Shown here in pieces: positions 49,728-59,417 of a DNA stretch of 64,000 nt (position 1 is the first letter of the stretch; the number at the start of each line of letters is the position of its first letter). A program made the translations under genes and the position numbers. The notes beneath the pieces were generated by a model. The model worked only from the letters and a program-made list of their open reading frames with translations, was not told the DNA's origin and did not search any database. Source of the DNA: Alphaproteobacteria bacterium (GTDB taxonomy: Bacteria > Pseudomonadota > Alphaproteobacteria > Methylaequorales > Methylaequoraceae); contig BOXE01000002.1 in assembly GCA_019650635.1 (NCBI GenBank), forward strand, positions 50,136-114,135, written 5' to 3'.

Positions 49728-50544
49728 TAATAATCAGAAACATCCCTATCATCTAGTTGACCCTAGTCCTTGGCCACTTGTTACTTCATTTTCAGCTTTA
49801 ATAATGGCGATAGGGTTTATATTCCTTATGCACGATGGTAAAACTTTGGTATTTACTATAGGATCTATAGCAGTTGTTTTATCGAGTATCCTCTGGTGGA
49901 GAGATGTTGTTTCCGAGTCAGAAGGTGGTGGATATCACAACAATGTTGTCCAAATTGGACTTAGATACGGCATGATACTTTTCATAATGTCAGAGGTCAT
50001 GTTTTTCGCCGCTTGGTTTTGGGCGTTTTTTGATGTTGCGTTTTATCCCGGCTCTGAAAGCCCTGAGCTCATAGGTCGACAAGAAACGATAGGTGGAGCG
50101 TTTCCTCCTGAAGATATAGAATTAATTTCGCCTTTTGGAGTACCTTTGTTAAACACTTTTATCTTGCTAGCCTCTGGTGGAACCATAACTTGGGCTCATC
50201 ATGCACTAAGGTCCAATGATAGAAAAAACTTTTTGCTATTTTTATTGTTGACCATTATTTTAGGTATTATTTTTACTGGATTTCAAGCTTATGAATACAA
50301 AGTTGCCACTTTTGGAATTGAGGACGGTATTTACCCTTCAACATTTTATATGGCTACTGGATTTCATGGTTTTCATGTAATAGTTGGTTCAATCTTTTTA
50401 TTAGTATGTTATTTCAGAGGTTTAAAAGGACATTTTACGCCTAAAAAACATTTAGGTTTCGAATTCGCTGCTTGGTATTGGCATTTTGTTGATGTTGTCT
50501 GGTTGTTTCTATTCACATTTGTTTATTGGTGGGCTGCCGCATAA
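49720..50544 (+). CDS. coxC: cytochrome c oxidase subunit III
   Basis: 274 aa with HPYHLVDPSPWP and GFHGFHVIVG. Confidence 0.95.
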   Translation: MSDNNQKHPYHLVDPSPWPLVTSFSALIMAIGFIFLMHDGKTLVFTIGSIAVVLSSILWWRDVVSESEGGGYHNNVVQIGLRYGMILFIMSEVMFFAAWFWAFFDVAFYPGSESPELIGRQETIGGAFPPEDIELISPFGVPLLNTFILLASGGTITWAHHALRSNDRKNFLLFLLLTIILGIIFTGFQAYEYKVATFGIEDGIYPSTFYMATGFHGFHVIVGSIFLLVCYFRGLKGHFTPKKHLGFEFAAWYWHFVDVVWLFLFTFVYWWAAA

Positions 50545-50550
50545 ACAAGA

Positions 50551-51271
50551 ATGAAATTTAATTTTAATTCAAATAGCTACTCTTTCAAACCAAGACTATT
50601 TCCCTTATTTGCTTTCATTGTTGCGTTATCAATACTTCTTGGTCTTTCTGGATGGCAGATAAAAAGACTTAATTGGAAAACTGATTTGATATCGCAAAGA
50701 ATTAGCAGCTTTGAGTCTGATCCCATTAGTTTTGTAAATTTGAATCAACCTGAAAAAAACGAATTTAGGAAAGTTTTTGTTGAGGGTCAACTATTGAATG
50801 AATTCGAAATGTATATGCCAGCACTAAGTAAAAGAGGTAACAATGGTTTTCATATTTTAGTACCATTAAAAACAACTTCAGGAAAGTTCATTATATATGA
50901 TACTGGTTGGGTTCCTCTGAAAATAAAAGAAAAGGAAAAAAGATTGCTAAATATTTCAAAAAATTCACAAACTTTTGAAGCTGTAATTAGAACATCAGGA
51001 AGAAAAGGATATTTTCAACCCGATAATGATACTGAATACAAACACTTGGTTCTTTGTTGAACCAGAATTAATGAGCAAATACCTTAAAATGAATTTTGAA
51101 AATGAATATTATCTAGAAGCAGTGAAAAATGGACCTAACGGATTCCCATTAGGTAATCAAACACGAATATATTTACGAAACAATCATTTACAATACGCAC
51201 TCACTTGGTTTATGATTGCATGCGGTCTTGTAGGTGTGTTCTTTTTTGCGAATATAAAAAAAATAAAATAG
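50551..51271 (+). CDS. SURF1 family cytochrome oxidase biogenesis protein, split by a frameshift between about 50985 and 51060
   Basis: ORF 50551..51060 (N-terminal TM, GWQIKRLNWK) plus ORF 51026..51271 (NTWFFVEPELM, HLQYALTWF, C-terminal TM). Span is 721 nt (3n+1). Confidence 0.85.
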
Positions 51272-51273
51272 AT

Positions 51274-52570
51274 ATGATTTATTCATCAACTAGAGGAAGT
51301 GATATAAACTTAAAGTTTGGTGATGTTCTTTTAAACGGATTAGCCAAAGATGGTGGTTTATACGTCCCCAATAGCTTAAAATCCTACTCAGAGGAAGAAT
51401 TAGATTCTCTAAGAGAACTGGATTATTCAAGTCTGGCTTTTGAATTAACGAAAGATTTTGTTCTAGGGGAGATTTCAGTAAGTGAATATAAAAAGATTTG
51501 TATTAATTCATATAAAAGGTCATTTGGAAAAGAAATAATATCATTTGATAAGCTCGATCAGCACAAATACATCGCAAATCTTTTTAATGGTCCAACTTAT
51601 GCATTTAAAGATTTTGCATTGCAATTATTAGGTAACATATATGACTACGTATTAAAAAAAAGAAAAATAAAACTTACTATTCTTGGTGCAACATCAGGAG
51701 ATACTGGTTCGGCAGCAATTCATGGATGTGCAAAATCTAATAACGTGAAAATTTTTATTTTGTTTCCATTAAACAGAGTTAGTGAAATTCAGAGAAAACA
51801 AATGACCACAGTAACCAAAAAAAAACGTTTTCAATATAGCAGTGAAAGGAAATTTTGATGATTGTCAAAGGATGGTTAAAAATTACTTTAAATTAAATAA
51901 TGAAAATAAGAAAATTAATTTAGCTGCGGTTAATTCAATAAATTGGGTAAGAATAATGGGACAAATTGTTTACTACTTTTGGAGTTATTTCAGAGTGAGT
52001 AATAGATTTGATCCTATGAGTTTTGTTGTTCCTTCAGGAAATTTTGGAAATGCTTATGCTGGATATATTAGTAAGAAAATGGGCTTACCTATTAAAAAGA
52101 TTATTATTGGTTCAAATAAAAATGATATTCTTACTCGGTTTTTTAAAACTGGAAAAATGAAAATTAAGAAAACATTAACCTCTTTAAGCCCAAGTATGGA
52201 CATCCAAGTTTCAAGTAATTTTGAAAGGCTTTTATTTGATTTTTATGAAAATGGTAAGATGATAGAAAAACTATTTTATAAATTAGAAAATGCAAAAGAA
52301 TTTTCAGTAGCAAAAACTCATTTAAAAAATATGAGGAAAACCTTTGGTTATGGAAGACTATCAGATAGTGAAACAAAAAAAACAATTAATCAAATTTTTG
52401 ATAGATATAAACTGATCGTAGATCCTCACACAGCTGTTGGTCTATCAGTTGGAGAAAAACAACTTGATAAAAAAGAAAGAAGAATATACTTGGCTACAGC
52501 TCACTACAGTAAATTTATCAAAACAGTAAAAGAATCAGTCAAAAAAAGATTGATTATCCTGATAAATTAA
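51274..52570 (+). CDS. thrC: threonine synthase, frameshifted at A9 51817-51825; the true 3-prime end may lie at 52653 after further A-run errors
   Basis: The start MIYSSTRGS is at 51274, and the PLP-lysine region GPTYAFKDFALQ is present. Removing one A gives ...TVTKKNVFNIAVKGNFDDCQRMVK, joining ORFs 51205..51858 and 51842..52570. Confidence 0.9.
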
Positions 52571-52656
52571 AAAAATTTTAAAAAAAAAAAAAGTTTGAAA
52601 TTATTGAAAATGACATAGATCAATTAGACAAATTAATTATTAAACAGAACTAGAAT

Positions 52657-53224
52657 TTATGCATTGCCGAAGAAGTTTGTAAGTTTTGAAAAATCAATTC
52701 CAGTTTTTTGAAGGGCGTTTTTCCACTTCTTTTCTGGATCAATTTCAAAAAGAAGATCCAATTCCTCATTTAAATTTATCCAGCTATTTTGTTTTATTTC
52801 GTTCTCTAGTTGACCTGGTCCCCATCCAGAATAACCAAGTGAGATAAAAAATTGTTTGGGTCCTTTGTTTTGTGCAATATCCGAGATAATTTCAGTTGAG
52901 CAGGTTAATTTAACTTGTTTAGAAACTTTCATTGTATTTTTGCTTTCATAATCTTTTGTATGTAATATGAATCCGTTATTCTGATTTAGTGGACCGCCTA
53001 CATGAAATAGAAAATCAGTTTCCAAATTATTTGAAACATTCTCAATGTTTAATTTCTTAAAAAGTTGTGCTGCTTTGATAGTCATTATCTTGTAGTTAAG
53101 TACAATTCCAACTGCTCCATCTTTATTATGATGAGTAAGGTAAATAATACTTTTAGAAAAAAAAAATATCGTTTAATTGGGGCAAAGCACAAATAATATT
53201 TCCCTTTAAATATCTATATTTCAT
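52657..53224 (-). CDS. YqgE/AlgH family (UPF0301) protein, N-terminus displaced by a frameshift in the A10 run 53157-53166
   Basis: The listed ORF 52657..53085 carries GYSGWGPGQLENEI..NSW. The upstream minus strand reads MKYRYLKGNIICALPQLNDIFF then, after dropping one T, SKSIIYLTHHNKDGAVGIVLNYKIMTIK. Span is 568 nt (3n+1). Confidence 0.8.
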
Positions 53225-53271
53225 ATATAAATTATTACAGATATTTTATTTTAATTCAATTAGTAAGACCT

Positions 53272-55220
53272 ATGTTTATAAATTTTTTTAAAATTATATT
53301 TTTATTACTTGCAAATTTAACTTTTGCTCAAGATTTTAATAATAAAAACAATCCTGCTTTAGTTAGTATAATTCCATCTAATGGAATATTTTTAGTTGAT
53401 GAAAATTATTATTTTGGTGTAAAGATAGAACTTCAGAAGGGATGGAAAACATACTGGAAAAATCCAGGTGATGCAGGTGCCCCAATTACAATTGAATTTA
53501 ATGATACTTCTATTGAAAATAAATTAAAAGTTTTATTCCCTTTTCCTGAAAAATTTACTGATCATGGTGTTTCAACAATAGGTTATGAAGGCCAAGTAAT
53601 ATTTCCAATAAGAATTCAGAAAAATGAAATTGATAAAATAACTGAGGAAATTAATTTAGATTATCTTGTTTGTAAAGATATTTGTATACCAATTTCAGAA
53701 ACTAAAAAATTAAATCTTAATCTTCGTAATGTGGTTCAGTCTGATGTATTTTTGGAGAGTTATAAAACTGTTCCAAAAAGAAAATCGAATTATTTCAATA
53801 TTGATGAAAACATTGTTTCAAATGAAAAAAATAAGTATTGAATTTATCAATAACGATGAATTTGAAAATATTGAATTATTTGCTCACGCTGAAGATACAA
53901 ATCTCAAAGTTAAAAAACTAAAATCATCTTTTGAAGTTCTTCTTGACAATAATATAGGATCTTTGAATAGTCCGATAGATTTTTCTATTTCAAATGGGAA
54001 TGTTTATGAAGAAATTTCATTTGATTTCAATAAAAAAACCAAAACAGACCCAAATCATTTATTTTATAATTCTAGCTTTTCTTGGTGGCTTAATATTAAA
54101 CTTCATGCCATGTGTTCTTCCAATCCTTTCTTTAAAGCTTTATTCGTTTTTAAGTTTAGCTAAGGATGACGATAATAAAATCAGATTTGATTGTTCCCTA
54201 ACTATAGCTGGAATAGTTACTTCATTTCTTGTTTTAGCTATCACAGTAATTTTTTTAAAAACATTTGGTGAGACAGTCGGATGGGGCTTTCATTTTCAAA
54301 ACCAGTTTTTTTTAATGTTCATCTTAGTTTTAATGTTAATTTTTAGTTTGAATCTACTCGGATTCTTTGAAATTATTTTGCCACAAAACGCCTTGTATAA
54401 AATTAATAATTTCTTAAACACTAATAGTAAAAGTGGTCACTATTTTTCAGGAGTATTTGCAACTCTTTTAGCTACACCTTGCAGTGCACCTTTTTTAGGA
54501 ACAGCAGTTGGTTTTTCAATGGGATCATCAAATCAAAATATTGTAATAATATTTTTGAGCATTGCGCTTGGTTTTTCATTTCCGTATTTATGTTTTATTA
54601 TTATACCAAAGATAGTTAAGCTATTGCCTAAGCCTGGGGAATGGATGAATAATTTAAAATATTTCCTAGGACTATTAATGTTATTATCTTTTGTATGGAT
54701 TTCTAATCTTTTCAAAATAAACTACTTATTAATATTCTTATTTACGTCATTAATCCTAATTTTTACTTGTCTCAAAAATAAAAGTAAATTTACTATGATT
54801 ACATCTTTACTGTTTGTCATCACAAATATCTTTTTTTTCTCTGAAAAGATGAATCTACGCGAGAATAAATTGATATGGGAAGATTATAACGACAAATCTT
54901 TAGAAAGTTATTTAAATGAAAATAGATTTGTGTTGGTAGACGTTACTGCAGACTGGTGCGTAACTTGTCAATTTAATAAGATAACAACTTTGAATACAAA
55001 AAAATTAGTTGATTTTCTAATTCAACATGAAGTTTTAGTTATAAGAGCAGACTGGACTAATAAAGATAAAGATATTTTTGATTTTATAAAAAGATATAAC
55101 AGGTACGGTATACCGGTAAATATTGTTTATGGACCAAAGAACAAAGAAGGAATTTTATTGCCAGAGATTCTTTCTAAAGATATTGTAATAGATAAACTAA
55201 TGGAGGCTGGTATTAAATGA
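53272..55220 (+). CDS. dsbD: DsbD/ScsB-like thiol:disulfide interchange protein (periplasmic N-domain, TM core, C-terminal thioredoxin domain), broken by two frameshifts
   Basis: Three overlapping same-strand ORFs, each shifted +1 from the previous one. The TM core has NFMPCVLPILSLK and ATPCSAPFLG; the C-terminus has DVTADWCVTCQ. Candidate shifts are at A7 53825-53831 and A7 54032-54038. Span is 1949 nt (3n+2). Confidence 0.82.
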
Positions 55221-55696
55221 CAATTAATGAAAACGATATTTTTCCTGATATTACTTTTTATCAGATAACCGAGTCTGGACCTGAAGGAATTAAAGCAAAC
55301 AAAATTTTTAAAAGTAAAAAAGTTATTTTAGTTGGAGTGCCTGGAGCTTTCACTCCTACTTGCAGTGATGAACATCTCCCAGGTTATAAAAAATTAGCGA
55401 GTGAATTTTTTTCCAATGGAATAGAAGAAATTTATATTGTGTCTACAAATGACCCATTCATAATGAAATCTTGGAGTGATTCCTTAAATATTTCAGATTT
55501 AAAATTTATATCAGATGGCAACGGTGAGTTGAGAGATAAAACCGGACTTATAACGGATTTATCTATTGTAGGCTTAGGAAAAAGATTATCAAGATTTGCA
55601 ATGATTATTGATGATGGAAAGATAGTCAAAATATTTAATGAAAATGGTCCAGGACTTGATCTAAGTAAAGCTGAAAATGTAATAAAATCAATCTAA
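55217..55696 (+). CDS. peroxiredoxin, Prx5-like
   Basis: 159 aa with the PGAFTPTCS peroxidatic Cys motif. Confidence 0.88.
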   Translation: MTINENDIFPDITFYQITESGPEGIKANKIFKSKKVILVGVPGAFTPTCSDEHLPGYKKLASEFFSNGIEEIYIVSTNDPFIMKSWSDSLNISDLKFISDGNGELRDKTGLITDLSIVGLGKRLSRFAMIIDDGKIVKIFNENGPGLDLSKAENVIKSI

Positions 55697-56139
55697 TGAA
55701 GTAAATTAATTTGGTCTCTAGCAAGTCTGTCCACTTCTTCATTATACTTGTTACCACTATGACCTTTTACCCAGTTCCATGTTATTTGAAATTGGCTTGA
55801 TAGTATATCTAACTTCATCCAAAGATCTTTATTCTTAACCTTTTTTTTGTTTGAACCTATCCAGTCATTTGTTTTCCATTTTTTTATCCATAACTCAATA
55901 CCATTGATTACATATTTACTATCAGTGAATATTTGTAGACTGCTTTCTTTTGGAATTGATTCTAATGCATGAATAATTGCAATTAGTTCCATTCGATTAT
56001 TTGTTGTTTCTATTTCACCACCAGTTTTTTTAGATTTATGACCACTATTTTTATTTAAAATAATTGCTGCCCATCCTCCAGAGCCAGGATTTCCTGAACA
56101 TGCTCCATCTGTATATATTATGTAATCAAAATCACTCAA
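55693..56139 (-). CDS. rnhA: ribonuclease HI
   Basis: 148 aa with IYTDGACSGNPGSGGWAAI, NNRMELIA, TDSKYV and WVKGHSGN..NEEVDRLA. Confidence 0.94.
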   Translation of the reverse strand: MSDFDYIIYTDGACSGNPGSGGWAAIILNKNSGHKSKKTGGEIETTNNRMELIAIIHALESIPKESSLQIFTDSKYVINGIELWIKKWKTNDWIGSNKKKVKNKDLWMKLDILSSQFQITWNWVKGHSGNKYNEEVDRLARDQINLLH

Positions 56140-57088
56140 AATATTTCTTTGCCACGTTTTCTTTAATATGAAATTTTAAAATATTAAAAAACTCTAATGG
56201 ATCTTTTTTTTTTAAAAACTCTCCCTCATTACTATTTAAAGAATCATAGACTCTTGTGAACAGAAATCTTAGGCTTGCACCTCTTAAAAGAATATTAATA
56301 TTATTAACTTCGTTCGTTTCTAACTTTCTGACTGATTGGTATCCAGAAATTAAACTTAAGAAGAAATTCTCTTTAAATTTATACTTATAAAAGCACCAAG
56401 CATTTATTGTAATTGCAAGATCATATGACAAAAAGTCACAACAAGAAAAATAAAAGTCTAAAAAGCCAGAAATTTTTTGTTTCTTAAAAAAAACGTTATC
56501 TGGAAATAGATCTGCATGAATAACACCTTCAGGTAAGTTCTTGGGCCAATTAAACGATATAAAATCAATTTCATCACTAATTATGTTTAGCGAGTTTGGT
56601 ATAACGGTATTAAATTTATTTAAACAATTTAAATAAATTTTTTTCCAAAAATTTAAACTAAAATTATTTTTTGCCTTTAATTTGTTGTTAATATTCGCTA
56701 AGTGGAATTGGGCTAATTTCTGACCGACCATAAAACAATCATCTTTATTCCATTTTTTCTTTGAATTCCCCTCCAGAAAGCCAAATATTGCCATCTTTTT
56801 ATTTTTTACTTTGTTTACGAGTTCACCATTTTTGTCTTTTATTGGAACAGGACAGTGTATACCTTTAGAATGCGAATTAGTCATTACTTCAAAATAAAAA
56901 GGTATCTGTTTTATATCTACACGTTTTTCAAAAATTGTAATAATAAAGTTTTTATTTTTAGTACGAAGAAGATAATTTGTATTTTCAATACCTTCTTTTA
57001 TTCCTGTGAATTTGATTAACTCACCTAGTTGATAATTTTTTAAAATCTTATTGATGTTGGCTTCAGAAAGTTCAGTATGTACAGCCAT
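56132..57088 (-). CDS. thrB: homoserine kinase, type II (APH-fold ThrB)
   Basis: 318 aa with N-terminal MAVHTELSEANINKILKNYQLGEL...GIENTNYLL and the kinase motif IHADLFPDNVFF. Confidence 0.85.
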   Translation of the reverse strand: MAVHTELSEANINKILKNYQLGELIKFTGIKEGIENTNYLLRTKNKNFIITIFEKRVDIKQIPFYFEVMTNSHSKGIHCPVPIKDKNGELVNKVKNKKMAIFGFLEGNSKKKWNKDDCFMVGQKLAQFHLANINNKLKAKNNFSLNFWKKIYLNCLNKFNTVIPNSLNIISDEIDFISFNWPKNLPEGVIHADLFPDNVFFKKQKISGFLDFYFSCCDFLSYDLAITINAWCFYKYKFKENFFLSLISGYQSVRKLETNEVNNINILLRGASLRFLFTRVYDSLNSNEGEFLKKKDPLEFFNILKFHIKENVAKKYFE

Positions 57089-57094
57089 CTTGGT

Positions 57095-57589
57095 TTAAAA
57101 AAAGTTTTTGGGAATATTTATTATTGAGTTTTCAACTAACTTAAGATTTTGTTTGTTAGATAAATTTTTTTTAATACGTATTTCTGTGTATTTAATAGCT
57201 TTTTCCATAATATGTTTTTTCATATCATTCTTAAGATTATTCTCCATCTGAGATGATATGAGGTTATAATTATTAATTCTTCTAAGCATACTTTGCTCAA
57301 TATCTCTTTCTATTTGAGATTTTATTCTTTTAATCTCTTTATTTGTATCTTCTTTGATTCTTTTGATTAAGTTAGTATTATCTTTTTGTTTTTCTAATTG
57401 ACCTTTATATAATTTTTCAGCTTCAAGTTTGAGTTGTTTCGATTCTTCGATATTTTTTTTTAAATCATCGATTTTTTTTTCAAGGCTACCAGAAAGTTGA
57501 GTTAACATTGGTTTAAGAGTAATGCATACAAAAATAATAAAAGAAAGTGATACCCAAAGTGTTGAATCATCTAAAAACTCAATGCTCAT
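57095..57589 (-). CDS. atpF: F0F1 ATP synthase subunit b
   Basis: 164 aa with one N-terminal TM helix, then a long charged coiled coil. It is the last gene of the F0 operon. Confidence 0.85.
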   Translation of the reverse strand: MSIEFLDDSTLWVSLSFIIFVCITLKPMLTQLSGSLEKKIDDLKKNIEESKQLKLEAEKLYKGQLEKQKDNTNLIKRIKEDTNKEIKRIKSQIERDIEQSMLRRINNYNLISSQMENNLKNDMKKHIMEKAIKYTEIRIKKNLSNKQNLKLVENSIINIPKNFF

Positions 57590-57623
57590 TATTTGTCATC
57601 TCCAATTAATTTTTTAAAATCAC

Positions 57624-58145
57624 TTACACTTCCTTTTTTTTCTCTCCCATAATTTTTTCATATAATTTATCAGATAAATCAACACATAATTTAGGTAATT
57701 CTTTGGTGATCATTTCTTTATTTTCATCAATATCAGAGTTAAGTTTATTTTTTTTATCTTCAAAATCGTTATTTATTTCAAGAATCTTTTTATCAAAAAT
57801 TTTTTTATTTTCTTCGAATGTTTTTTTAATCAAAGCATTTTGTTCATTTTTGACTTCTTCAAACTCTTTATTCATTTTTTCTACGAGAGAATTAAAAGAA
57901 TCATTAAGCTTTTTTGCCTCATCTAAATAACTTTGAATGGTTTCGTCTCTTTTTTTTCTTATATTCTTTATTTTAGGAAGAAAGAAATAATGATTGATGA
58001 GAAATAATATAATAAATAATAAGGTTAACCAAAAAATTTGAGATGAAAATGACTCTGGGTTTAGTTGGGGCATTCCGCCTTTTTCTTCAGAGGCTGAGAT
58101 TGTATCGGTGATTAAAAGATAAAAAAGGAATGTGTACCTAAGCAT
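57624..58145 (-). CDS. atpX: F0F1 ATP synthase subunit b-prime
   Basis: 173 aa with the same architecture as subunit b, lying between atpE and atpF as in the alphaproteobacterial atpIBEXF operon. Confidence 0.8.
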   Translation of the reverse strand: MLRYTFLFYLLITDTISASEEKGGMPQLNPESFSSQIFWLTLLFIILFLINHYFFLPKIKNIRKKRDETIQSYLDEAKKLNDSFNSLVEKMNKEFEEVKNEQNALIKKTFEENKKIFDKKILEINNDFEDKKNKLNSDIDENKEMITKELPKLCVDLSDKLYEKIMGEKKKEV

Positions 58146-58148
58146 TCT

Positions 58149-58376
58149 TTAAAAAACGAAAAGTAAAAGAAGTGCAATAATTAGTGCAAATAAAGCAAGT
58201 GCTTCAACTAAAGCAAACCCTAACATTGTCATTGTAAATACATGTTCTCTAGCCTCAGGGTTTCTTCCTACTGCTGAGATAAAAGCTGCGAAAATTGATC
58301 CAATGCCAATTCCTGAACCAATCACGCCTAGTACTGCTATTCCAGCACCTAAAAGTTTTGCAGATTCCATATCCAT
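58149..58376 (-). CDS. atpE: F0F1 ATP synthase subunit c
   Basis: 75 aa helical hairpin with a Gly-rich first helix (GAGIAVLGVIGSGIGIG) and the conserved carboxylate in LGFALVEALALF. Confidence 0.95.
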   Translation of the reverse strand: MDMESAKLLGAGIAVLGVIGSGIGIGSIFAAFISAVGRNPEAREHVFTMTMLGFALVEALALFALIIALLLLFVF

Positions 58377-58403
58377 AATTTACTCCTTAATATAAGTTAA
58401 AAG

Positions 58404-59144
58404 TTAATGTAAATGTATTGCATCATTAATATATAAACAAGTTAATATTGCAAATACATAAGCTTGAAGAAATGCAATTACAATTTCTAAGCCCGTTAAA
58501 GCAATTAGAAAAGCAAGAGGAAGTATTCCACCAACTATAAAACTATTTGCTCCCAAAACAAAAACAAATCCACCTATTACTTTTAAAAGTGTATGTCCAG
58601 CCATCATATTAGCAAATAATCTTACTGAAAGACTGATTGGTCTAGATAAGTAAGATATAATTTCAATAGGAACAAGTAAGATGAGCATTGGTTTGGGAAC
58701 TCCAGAGGGAGCAAAAAATTTTAAAAATTTTACAATACCGTGTTTATAGATTGCTATTAAGGTAACACCTATAAAAATAAAAAAAGCTATTGCAAAAGTT
58801 ACTATGATATGACTTGTCCATGTAAAACTATAGGGTAACATACCTAAAAGATTTCCAACTAAAATAAAAAGAAAAAGTGTGAAAATAAAAGAAAAGTATT
58901 TCATGCCTTCATTCCCAATGTTGTCTCCGATCATTCCAGAAATGAACTCATAGCTACTTTCTACAATAGATTGTTTCTTTGATGGTATAATTTCTAGATT
59001 TCTTAAACCAAGATACATAAATAATGATATAAAAACTACAGTCATAATCATAGCTAATGAGGAGTTGGTAAATGATATATCATAACCAAAAGCTTCCATC
59101 TCTATTATTTTTTTTATTTCAAACTGAGCTAGTGGACTTGCCAA
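58404..59144 (-). CDS. atpB: F0F1 ATP synthase subunit a
   Basis: 246 aa polytopic membrane protein with LSVRLFANMMAGH (essential Arg). Confidence 0.95.
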   Translation of the reverse strand: MASPLAQFEIKKIIEMEAFGYDISFTNSSLAMIMTVVFISLFMYLGLRNLEIIPSKKQSIVESSYEFISGMIGDNIGNEGMKYFSFIFTLFLFILVGNLLGMLPYSFTWTSHIIVTFAIAFFIFIGVTLIAIYKHGIVKFLKFFAPSGVPKPMLILLVPIEIISYLSRPISLSVRLFANMMAGHTLLKVIGGFVFVLGANSFIVGGILPLAFLIALTGLEIVIAFLQAYVFAILTCLYINDAIHLH

Positions 59145-59159
59145 ATCATCTCCTTCTGT

Positions 59160-59417
59160 TTAATTAAGTTTTTTCACTGTTTTGAACAAGCTATAAAAAC
59201 CTGTAATGATTCCTAATACCAAAAAAATAATAAAAAAGACAGGTTTTGTTGAAAAAATTTTATCAAGTCCGTAACCTATAAGTGCCCCAACAATGATAGA
59301 AGATATTAAGTCCAAAGAAATTTTCAAACCAATACTATATCCATTATTTTTATAATAAATATTAGTTTTTGGTTTTTTTAATTTTTGTTCTAGTCTATCA
59401 GAAAAATCATTTTTCAT
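59160..59417 (-). CDS. atpI: AtpI/AtpZ-like small membrane protein of the F0 operon
   Basis: 85 aa with two TM helices, immediately upstream of atpB. Confidence 0.7.
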   Translation of the reverse strand: MKNDFSDRLEQKLKKPKTNIYYKNNGYSIGLKISLDLISSIIVGALIGYGLDKIFSTKPVFFIIFLVLGIITGFYSLFKTVKKLN

